Source: a virus. Taken from it: a stretch of 64,000 nucleotides of DNA. The stretch lies in IMG/VR virus record IMGVR_UViG_3300020347_000003, positions 1-64,000 of that record; one strand, given 5' to 3'. Below the pieces are notes generated by a model. The model saw only the letters and a program-made list of their open reading frames with translations, ran no database searches and was not told the DNA's origin. This document shows, piece after piece, positions 57,173 through 64,000 of the stretch (its first letter is position 1; each line of letters starts with the position of its first letter). A program made the translations under genes and the position numbers.

Positions 57173-58615
57173 TTATCTTAATTCAACACTGTCGTCAAAC
57201 ACACTACGTCTTTTTTTACCTCTCATGCTGGAACCAATGTCAGTCTTATCGAATACAGGAGGATCGTCATTACGTTTGTATGAGGAAGAACCACCAGAAT
57301 TTCCACCACCATCTATATTGATGTTCTGCTGTGCACTTTCTTCAAGATCGTAAATCTTCATTTTGGCACGATCAATACCGACAAGGAATCGTCGATAATA
57401 TCCAAGGTCACCCCACCGATTCTTCAGCTGTTTGAGCATTACCTGCCCAAGTTCATCTAAATGTTCGGAAGTAACAATGCCGAGGATGCAATCTGCTGTA
57501 TGAGTAATACCCATTGACTCAGAAGTGTTTGTAAGATCCACGTCTGAATTACCATAGCCATCGCGATTAAACTGAGAAGAAGTGACAATCGCACAATTGA
57601 ATTCCATTGCAAGTCCACGTATTTCCTCCGCAATTGATTTGACAAGTGTATATGAATTTGCTGCCGCAGCCCCACGAACTCTGGAGGATGCACAAATATT
57701 TAGATAATCAACAAACACAACGTCAGGTACGAAGCCTTTTTTCATTCTCAATTCATTCAGTAAGTGCCTCATGTGACCAGCGTGAGCCGATCCAGTGGGG
57801 TACTCTTTAATCACAAGTTTACCAGGAGTCTTGGTCTTGTATCTACCCATTCGTTTCTCATAAACATCTCGTGGGCAATCAGTGAGTTCATCTAGCGTGA
57901 TGTCCATAATGTTGGCATCAATACGCCGACCGATTTCTTCTTCGGCCATTTCCATAGTAACATACAGCACATTCTTACCGTACATCAAATGATTGGCAGC
58001 GAAGTGGCATTTCAATAGAGATTTACCACCACCAGTCGTGGCCAGTAATACAGTCATTGATTTGCGAGGCAGACCACCCTTGGTGATCTTGTTCAGGATA
58101 TCAATATCAAAGGGAATTCTTTCCTCTTTTCTATGATAATAGTCATAGCGATCTTCAAATTGTTCCAAGAAGTCGTGACCGACACTCGAGTCAAAGTTGA
58201 TGCCGAGCGAATCAGATAAGATTTTCGGTATCGAGCCTTTGTCAGTGTCTTTGTCTTGGCCATCTAAGATTAGAATAGCCTTACGTATTGAATTATACAA
58301 ATCTTTGTCTTGACAGAACTTCTCAGTCTCTGTAATCAAAAATTCATTACTCGTATCTTTGTCGACCTGTAATTCGTCAACAATACCCATCACCTGGGCA
58401 TAGGTGTCTTCGTTTAGATCTTTACGCTTGTCGATGGTGAGTTTAAGAGCCTCCGTTGAAGGAGGCTCTCTGTATTGCTCAACATAATCTACAAACGTTG
58501 AAAAGACCTTTTGAAGTGCGTTTTCATCGAAATATTCTTCCTTAATGTAGGGGTATACCTTTCGGTAGTAGTCCTCATTAAGTACCAAATTCGACAGTAT
58601 CGTCTTCTCTAGCAT
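57173..58615 (-). CDS. Replicative DNA helicase (gp41)
   Basis: LATTGGGKSL, TMEMAEE, IKEYPTG, DYLNIC, IAEEIRGLA, KQLKNR. Confidence 0.96.
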   Translation of the reverse strand: MLEKTILSNLVLNEDYYRKVYPYIKEEYFDENALQKVFSTFVDYVEQYREPPSTEALKLTIDKRKDLNEDTYAQVMGIVDELQVDKDTSNEFLITETEKFCQDKDLYNSIRKAILILDGQDKDTDKGSIPKILSDSLGINFDSSVGHDFLEQFEDRYDYYHRKEERIPFDIDILNKITKGGLPRKSMTVLLATTGGGKSLLKCHFAANHLMYGKNVLYVTMEMAEEEIGRRIDANIMDITLDELTDCPRDVYEKRMGRYKTKTPGKLVIKEYPTGSAHAGHMRHLLNELRMKKGFVPDVVFVDYLNICASSRVRGAAAANSYTLVKSIAEEIRGLAMEFNCAIVTSSQFNRDGYGNSDVDLTNTSESMGITHTADCILGIVTSEHLDELGQVMLKQLKNRWGDLGYYRRFLVGIDRAKMKIYDLEESAQQNINIDGGGNSGGSSSYKRNDDPPVFDKTDIGSSMRGKKRRSVFDDSVELR

Positions 58616-59642
58616 CTTCAACCTCATCAGCCATTAGCAGTTTAAATTTACTTTCAATATAATTATTGAACCGAGGATCAGCAACCAGACCTTCAAAGAA
58701 CTCATCGTCCTGTTCAATGTCTTTAGAGCGTCTCTTAGGTTCGATAACCTCGCCAGTATCCATGTTGACTATATTATACCATCCTTGATTGGCCTTTGTC
58801 AAGTGCCCTGATTCAAGTGCGAGTTCAAAAAGGGAAGACCATTTCTGAATACCCGAGTCATATAATACTTTAAATGGAAGTTTTGATTTCTCTTTTACAT
58901 AACGAGATTTTTCAATATTGATTGTGAATTTGAAGCCTGCAAGATCAGTACCATCTTTTTCTTGTGCCTTAGAGATAATAAAGATCTGATTGGCTGAGTA
59001 GTAAATACCAGTACCACCGGATACAATATTCTTAGGGAACAGACCAATCTCCTTGTAGGTATGATTGATTGCGACCAATGGAATATCTTTACCTGTGACC
59101 TTGGGAGTTACAATGCGGAAGAGTGATTTGAGTTGTTTAGCACGTGACATGTCAGCAACAGATTTCTCATTCTCAGCATCTTCTACCTCTTTACGAGAAG
59201 CCAAGTTACCAACAGAGTCTATCATAATAAAAACTTTATCACCTTTATCAATCTCATTCAATCGCTTGGTGAGGTCAAACTTGAGTTGTTCGACATCTTC
59301 AATCGGTATGTGCAATACACGATCCGTATCGATACCAATGCCTTCAAGGTATTCAGGCGTGATACCATATTCCGAATCATACAGCATTGCAATACTGTCT
59401 TTGTACTTCTTCAAATATGCTTTCATACAATAAAGTGACAAGAGAGTCTTGAAACTTTTTGATTCACCAGCGATGACAGTCAGACCAGGGATCAGACCAC
59501 CATGAAGTGAGCCACTGAAGGCAATATTCACGATTGGAAGTTCAGTTTGAATGGGATCTTTCTCACCGAAGAACGAAGATTTTGACAGGACCGAAGAGCC
59601 CTTGACCGAACCGGCCTTTAACATTTTATCAAGCAAACTCAT
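58578..59642 (-). CDS. uvsX: RecA-like recombinase UvsX
   Basis: AGESKSFKT, YDSEYG, IDSVGNLAS.KE, DMSRAK. Confidence 0.95.
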   Translation of the reverse strand: MSLLDKMLKAGSVKGSSVLSKSSFFGEKDPIQTELPIVNIAFSGSLHGGLIPGLTVIAGESKSFKTLLSLYCMKAYLKKYKDSIAMLYDSEYGITPEYLEGIGIDTDRVLHIPIEDVEQLKFDLTKRLNEIDKGDKVFIMIDSVGNLASRKEVEDAENEKSVADMSRAKQLKSLFRIVTPKVTGKDIPLVAINHTYKEIGLFPKNIVSGGTGIYYSANQIFIISKAQEKDGTDLAGFKFTINIEKSRYVKEKSKLPFKVLYDSGIQKWSSLFELALESGHLTKANQGWYNIVNMDTGEVIEPKRRSKDIEQDDEFFEGLVADPRFNNYIESKFKLLMADEVEDAREDDTVEFGT

Positions 59643-59644
59643 AA

Positions 59645-59923
59645 TTAATCTCCTTTCAATATCTGATATAGCTTATCAGCAAATGCATCAAGTTTATCAT
59701 AACGATCCGGCCAATAGATGTAATCTTTTTCGGGATTCGCTTTGAGATTATTGAGCAGAGGTACGACTGCATCATAAATGAGTTGAGCCTTAGCAGCATT
59801 AGATTCAGCAGTTGCAGTAGTGGTTTCGGCCACTTGCTTTGCTTCTCTTACTACGTCTAGTTCATCAGCATCTACCGCAGTAAAGCCAAAATCAAAATCG
59901 AGTATAGTTTCTGGTTTATCCAT
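59645..59923 (-). CDS. Conserved T4-like hypothetical protein
   Basis: FDFGFTAVD...PLLNNLK.NPEKDYIYWPDR. Confidence 0.75.
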   Translation of the reverse strand: MDKPETILDFDFGFTAVDADELDVVREAKQVAETTTATAESNAAKAQLIYDAVVPLLNNLKANPEKDYIYWPDRYDKLDAFADKLYQILKGD

Positions 59924-60023
59924 ATGGATCTCCGTTATAGAAGAATGGGGCAGAGGTGAGACGCGCTGTACGGACGATGTTCAACCGAGCGCTTTTAAAG
60001 CTCACTTACCCCGATGACCTTAT

Positions 60024-60947
60024 TTAACTTCTAGCAAGTTCTTTAAAAATTGATAGATCGTCGTCGTCATCTTCTACAACACTAGATGCCATTGGAGATT
60101 CTGCAACCGGAGTCTGGGGTTCGGCCGTAGCCAAATTGCCAAGATCTAAGTCATCAGTCGTGTCTTCCATGGGAGAGGATGCGACTGGTGCATCTGCAGT
60201 AATATCAAGTACCCGATAGAGCTTAGTCTTCAACTCGGTGTAAGACTTGAAGTTCTTAGGATCAATAACCTCGTCTAGCGAGTGTTCTTTTGACCACACT
60301 TCTTCCATTTCTGAATCATCATCAGAGAGAGGAGTCGGTGCATCGAACTCAGACTTATCGTAGTTGGGATAACCTTCAAACTGTCGAATCTTCAAACGGA
60401 AGTTTGCGCCTTCCCAAAGATCGAATGGGTTTACTGGATCCTCATCTTCAAAGCTAGGATTCATTAAATCATTCAACTTATCAAAGATCTTTTTACCGAA
60501 CTGATACATGAATACTTTACCTTCGTTTTCGGGATTTGCAGAATCCTTCACAACGTAGATATTAGAAACATACTTGAGTCGACGTTTCTGCTTTCGGGCC
60601 TGCTCTTTGTCAGCATCGATACCTGTGTTCCAAAGCTTAGAGTTAAACTCAGAAACAGGGTCATCGTTACCAAGAGTGGTCAGAGAGTTTTCGATGTACC
60701 AAAGGCCAGTAGGTCCTTGGAAGCCATGATCCCAGATACGAACGAAGGGCATTTCTTCACCATTTGGTGCAGGCAAGAAACGAATGATCGCGAAACCATT
60801 GCCAGCCTTGTCACGGACAGGTTTCCAGAATTTACCTTCATTAGGATCTGAATAGCTTTTTGTTTGGATTTTTTCAAGCTGTTGATTTAGCTTGTCGAGG
60901 GATTTGCTACGGTTTTTCTTAAGTGCAGCGAAGTCTGTAGGTGCCAT
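60024..60947 (-). CDS. ssDNA-binding protein (gp32)
   Basis: DKAGNGFAIIRFLP, WYIENSLTT, GKKIFDK, GANF.LKI, NYDKSEF, acidic tail. Confidence 0.96.
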   Translation of the reverse strand: MAPTDFAALKKNRSKSLDKLNQQLEKIQTKSYSDPNEGKFWKPVRDKAGNGFAIIRFLPAPNGEEMPFVRIWDHGFQGPTGLWYIENSLTTLGNDDPVSEFNSKLWNTGIDADKEQARKQKRRLKYVSNIYVVKDSANPENEGKVFMYQFGKKIFDKLNDLMNPSFEDEDPVNPFDLWEGANFRLKIRQFEGYPNYDKSEFDAPTPLSDDDSEMEEVWSKEHSLDEVIDPKNFKSYTELKTKLYRVLDITADAPVASSPMEDTTDDLDLGNLATAEPQTPVAESPMASSVVEDDDDDLSIFKELARS

Positions 60948-60992
60948 ATGATGTTTCTCCTTTGTATAGCGTTATATGCGATATATTTCATA

Positions 60993-61595
60993 TCAAATAA
61001 AGTGTTCGCGGACAATGTCTTTGAACCTCTTTTCATCAATAGCCAGAAAGGGTCTATACTTTCTAGCAGTTCTTATTATATCACGCGAAACTATTTTGTC
61101 AACCAATATTTTGTCCCAATAACCAAAAATATTTGCGAAATGAACTAATAGAGTAAAAGTCTCTAATGAGATCTGTTTCCGCAGATACGTCGTCATCAAA
61201 ATAGGATGTTGACCATCGCGTGATACAAAATTAGCCTGATAACTATCATCAAGCTGTTTCAGATCAGACTTGAAAATGTAAGAGAGTGACTCTTGTTTTC
61301 GTTTCCAATCTACATACACTTGTTCACCTTCGTGTTCAAGTATATCCTTTATCCAGCAGTTGGGTTTCACCAACATATTGGACATAATTCTATTGATGTA
61401 ATCCTCTTTTTGTGCCAGTTTGGCAAAGAAGAATGCATCGTTTCGGGCTCTAAATGAATCCATTGAAGCCCTAACTTTACCATGGTATTTATGAAAATCG
61501 TAACCGTCTGTTGTAAAATGCTTCTTTAGAGCAAGATATTTGACGTAGGCCTCAAATGAGGCTTCATTCACATAGGTCGGTGATTGTAGGCTCAT
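60993..61595 (-). CDS. Helicase loader (gp59)
   Basis: YLALKKHFT...YDFHKY.GK, R.D..FF.KL, ISLET; lies between gp33 and gp32. Confidence 0.9.
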   Translation of the reverse strand: MSLQSPTYVNEASFEAYVKYLALKKHFTTDGYDFHKYHGKVRASMDSFRARNDAFFFAKLAQKEDYINRIMSNMLVKPNCWIKDILEHEGEQVYVDWKRKQESLSYIFKSDLKQLDDSYQANFVSRDGQHPILMTTYLRKQISLETFTLLVHFANIFGYWDKILVDKIVSRDIIRTARKYRPFLAIDEKRFKDIVREHFI

Positions 61596-61803
61596 CTTGT
61601 TTTACCATTCTCAAATCAATAGCTTCAGTTCTTACTTTTTCTTTCAATATCGACGACTTCTTAACGATGTCAGCGATAGATTCGATCTCAAGATTGTTTT
61701 TCTCGGCGTAGTGTACGAGAGCATCGATGTACGGAACACCACGCGCAATCATGTTTGAGATGTCATGGTGGATCTTTTCGGGGGTCATTTTCACAACCGA
61801 CAT
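61564..61803 (-). CDS. Late transcription coactivator (gp33)
   Basis: YIDALVHY...LEIE...LKEKV..EA; GGAGG RBS before ATG 61803; T4 synteny. Confidence 0.85.
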   Translation of the reverse strand: MSVVKMTPEKIHHDISNMIARGVPYIDALVHYAEKNNLEIESIADIVKKSSILKEKVRTEAIDLRMVKQDEPTITDLCE

Positions 61804-61831
61804 TAATACCTCCTTGATTTTTGAAGTGACC

Positions 61832-61860
61832 ATTATATCAGGACATGCATACAATGTCAA
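61832..61860 (-). promoter_or_regulatory. sigma70-type promoter (proximal)
   Basis: TTGACA-N17-TATAAT. Confidence 0.8.
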
Positions 61861-61874
61861 CCAATTCCGCAAAT

Positions 61875-61909
61875 AAAAAAACGGCCTGAACATTCTCACA
61901 TTCAGACCG
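61875..61909 (-). terminator. Rho-independent terminator
   Basis: CGGTCTGAA...TTCAGGCCG followed by T7. Confidence 0.65.
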
Positions 61910-61911
61910 CC

Positions 61912-61940
61912 ATTATATCAAAGTGCTATCACTCTGTCAA
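61912..61940 (-). promoter_or_regulatory. sigma70-type promoter (distal)
   Basis: TTGACA-N17-TATAAT, 80 bp from the proximal promoter. Confidence 0.75.
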
Positions 61941-61947
61941 GGGTTAT

Positions 61948-62121
61948 TTATAACATCGGTACCGGCTGTAGGTACATCATCAACTCTGGGTGGATCATTG
62001 GATAGCTTGCTGGATTCATTAGGGGCATCAAGCCACCCGCAATAGAGAGCAGAAGTATCACAGACAATGCTATGATAGCAATACGATCCTCTTTTTTGGG
62101 ATTTGTGGGCTTCTTCATCAT
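61948..62121 (-). CDS. Small membrane protein (57 aa)
   Basis: Manually read MMKKPTNPKKEDRIAIIALSVILLLSIAGG...; ATGA overlap with the upstream ORF. Confidence 0.55.
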   Translation of the reverse strand: MMKKPTNPKKEDRIAIIALSVILLLSIAGGLMPLMNPASYPMIHPELMMYLQPVPML

Positions 62122-62252
62122 TGGGCTGCTGCCATTGCAATGATAACAAAGGGTAAGGCTATGGGCAAGGTTACTGCCGACGTGAGGTAGACTGCATCAC
62201 AGAAAAAACATACCTTGTCGTTACGGCGAAGGTTAGATATAAAACTGTTCAT
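62118..62252 (-). CDS. Small membrane protein with CxxC (44 aa)
   Basis: Manually read MNSFISNLRRNDKVCFFCDAVYLTSAVTLPIALPFVIIAMAAAQ; GGAGG RBS. Confidence 0.55.
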   Translation of the reverse strand: MNSFISNLRRNDKVCFFCDAVYLTSAVTLPIALPFVIIAMAAAQ

Positions 62253-62468
62253 GACCCTCCTGCTCCATTCGGCTACACGCTATAATAAGATTTTTCATCT
62301 CAGAAAAACTCCTTTCATTTTGGGGGATTTAAGGTTGTAAAAGATAGTATATTGTTACAAAAGGTAACAATCTTTCATTTTACGATATTATATATACAGC
62401 TAGGTCGTCAGGATGCGTTATTTCTTTCATTTATTTTTGTCATACATTGTATTACATAGCGGAATGTG

Positions 62469-63173
62469 TTAGTCAACTGGATATGGCTTTAACTCTTCGA
62501 ACAGTACATCATTCACATATTGATTTATTTTATCTTCGTCCAGGTTCATTGCCCTGAGCGAATTCCACAGCTGTTTATTCTTCTTCTGATTGATGCAATA
62601 GTTATTGTGCCAATGAATATGATCACCACCATTTGCCCAGAAGTTTTCGTGTTCAATCTGCTGGAGATAGTAGGCAATCAATTTTAATGCAACTTCACAA
62701 AACTGCTCTGTCTCTTCGCCCTCACGAACATTTCCTGCTGCAACCATATGAGGTGAAAATATCTCTTTGGCCCAGTCGGGTAACTCTCGTTCTTTCTTCC
62801 ACACCAGATCTCTGGTAGCAAGACCAAAGGTAGTAATAATCGGATGTGTTTCATCGGACACGGGAGAAAAGTCAAAAAAGGAGCCACTGATCTTGTTAGG
62901 TCCTGCAACAACATCTAGCCCCAAAATGGGGTAATGCATTAAATTGCTTGGGAAGATGTTAATGTGAATCAACCACAGTTTTGGTTTGCCTTCAATCGGC
63001 TCTATTATTTTTAGGTGTGCCTTACGAATAGGACCTGAGGTCCAAAACAGATCTGTCCAACCTTCAAACTCATTGATATGTCTTTCATTATCAAATCGGT
63101 CTAGGTGGCTATCGAAAAGGTTGATAATTTTGTCCGACAGCTCTCGTAACGTATTCAGTAGTGGTGTGTCCAT
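62469..63173 (-). CDS. pcyX: Ferredoxin-dependent bilin reductase (PcyX/PcyA-like)
   Basis: W.S..IRKAHL, H.NIFP, PILGLD.VAG..KISG.F.DFSP, RELPDWA..IFS, YC.NQK.N; adjacent to heme oxygenase. Confidence 0.85.
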   Translation of the reverse strand: MDTPLLNTLRELSDKIINLFDSHLDRFDNERHINEFEGWTDLFWTSGPIRKAHLKIIEPIEGKPKLWLIHINIFPSNLMHYPILGLDVVAGPNKISGSFFDFSPVSDETHPIITTFGLATRDLVWKKERELPDWAKEIFSPHMVAAGNVREGEETEQFCEVALKLIAYYLQQIEHENFWANGGDHIHWHNNYCINQKKNKQLWNSLRAMNLDEDKINQYVNDVLFEELKPYPVD

Positions 63174-63187
63174 AATATATTCCGTGG

Positions 63188-63736
63188 TTAATCAGTTGTG
63201 GCGAAAAGTGTGTCCAACTCTTCAAATAATTTTGTTGCGTATTGAAAGCAAATAATTGCTTCGTCGACCATATCGTCATACAGTAACTCTCGAATACCAG
63301 AAATCAACTCTCGTCGATTCTCAAATTCATACATTGAACCCGAACCTGGTACTCTCTTTTTGATAATCTGACCACCGTGCATATCACCGAAGTGTCTGAC
63401 ATAAAGGTGAGCCATTAGATCGTCATTATCTTCCAGATTTAAAATGTGATCAATGTATTCATCAACCGATCTTAAATTTTCAGAGATCCATGTAAGATTA
63501 TAAGACTCTTCCAATTCACACAAATCTGCCAAGATTTTCTCTGCTCTAAAAACACCGGTCAGTTCCTGTGCCAGATGAACACGCTCTTCAAGTACCCGGT
63601 ATATTTCATATTGAGACTTCAAATAATACTGATATGCAACTGGAGTAATATCCCCACCAATCAGCATTCCGGCGAACCTTGATTGTTCGGCCATATCGTG
63701 GTGTTTCTGAGTTAGTTCTTTTAGACTAGTAGCCAT
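63188..63736 (-). CDS. hemO: Heme oxygenase
   Basis: LKELT...H..AE proximal His, AHLYVRHFGDMHGGQII, EA...F; GAGGAG RBS before ATG 63736. Confidence 0.92.
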   Translation of the reverse strand: MATSLKELTQKHHDMAEQSRFAGMLIGGDITPVAYQYYLKSQYEIYRVLEERVHLAQELTGVFRAEKILADLCELEESYNLTWISENLRSVDEYIDHILNLEDNDDLMAHLYVRHFGDMHGGQIIKKRVPGSGSMYEFENRRELISGIRELLYDDMVDEAIICFQYATKLFEELDTLFATTD

Positions 63737-63822
63737 AGCTCCTCTCATAATTATTAGGGGGCCTTTTGGAAAGGGGGAAGACCATAACCCTGTAACGAGA
63801 CTACGAGTGCCTCGAGTCAATT

Positions 63823-63836
63823 TATTTATATAAATA
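63823..63836. promoter_or_regulatory. Overlapping divergent T4 late promoters
   Basis: Palindrome TATTTATATAAATA contains TATAAATA on both strands. Confidence 0.65.
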
Positions 63837-63866
63837 ATTAAAATTCAAATAACAAGAGGGTTTTAT

Positions 63867-64000
63867 ATGCTGAATGAAGCTGCAAAACAATATGAAAAAC
63901 ATGTAGTTACCAGTTGGTTGGGACAATTGCATGCAAAATTAGCCGCAGCAGCATATGAAGATCCCGATATAGCAAAACCAATCTATAAGGCAGAAGGTTT
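63867..64000 (+). CDS. Partial ORF running off the window (function not assignable)
   Basis: GAGG RBS; MLNEAAKQYEK...AKLAAAAYED; open to the window end. Confidence 0.5.
   Translation, partial: MLNEAAKQYEKHVVTSWLGQLHAKLAAAAYEDPDIAKPIYKAEG

Noticed and set aside
34769-59642. Introns, inteins or homing endonucleases in nrdA, nrdB, thyX, gp41 or uvsX; stop-codon recoding
   Set aside because: All are uninterrupted and of normal length under the standard code; the tRNA has a normal GTA anticodon
61937-62149. 70-aa minus-strand ORF in the track
   Set aside because: Alternative frames give two coupled membrane microproteins, the first with a GGAGG RBS, which fit better
66-63255. Numerous plus-strand ORFs in the track (e.g. 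11731..12213, 29964..30404, 30349..30840, 59065..59433)
   Set aside because: Antisense shadows of well-supported minus-strand genes, with no recognisable motifs
63737-63820. N-terminal extension of heme oxygenase
   Set aside because: GAGGAG RBS supports ATG 63736; the extension is leader sequence

Overview
This 64-kb window comes from a large T4-like myovirus genome, probably marine. Almost all genes lie on the minus strand. The T4 core genes present are gp41 helicase, gp61 primase, gp59, gp32, gp33, UvsX, RNase H, NrdA/NrdB, ThyX, dCMP deaminase, dNMP kinase, PhoH, a PAAR spike tip, lysozyme and spanins. There are 14 near-consensus sigma70 early promoters, several TATAAATA T4 late promoters and one tRNA-Tyr. 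Accessory content includes: (1) a heme/bilin/respiration set (5-aminolevulinate synthase, SHMT, cytochrome c, YbaN, an alternative oxidase between nrdA and nrdB, heme oxygenase and a PcyX-like bilin reductase); (2) two glycan-modification clusters; (3) late genes with T4 capsid-targeting-like N-termini, among them a ligase-like protein and a kinase, with a nucleotidyltransferase in the same block; (4) the best novelty candidate, a late-promoter operon of signal-peptide proteins at 5.9-9.9 kb that resembles a pilin, a pilus chaperone, a small beta-pore subunit, an adhesin and an anchor, with no usher. A helically phased tandem operator-like motif sits upstream of five early promoters, and there are several ~65-nt structured intergenic RNA candidates. 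All product calls come from motif recognition by eye; no database searches were run.
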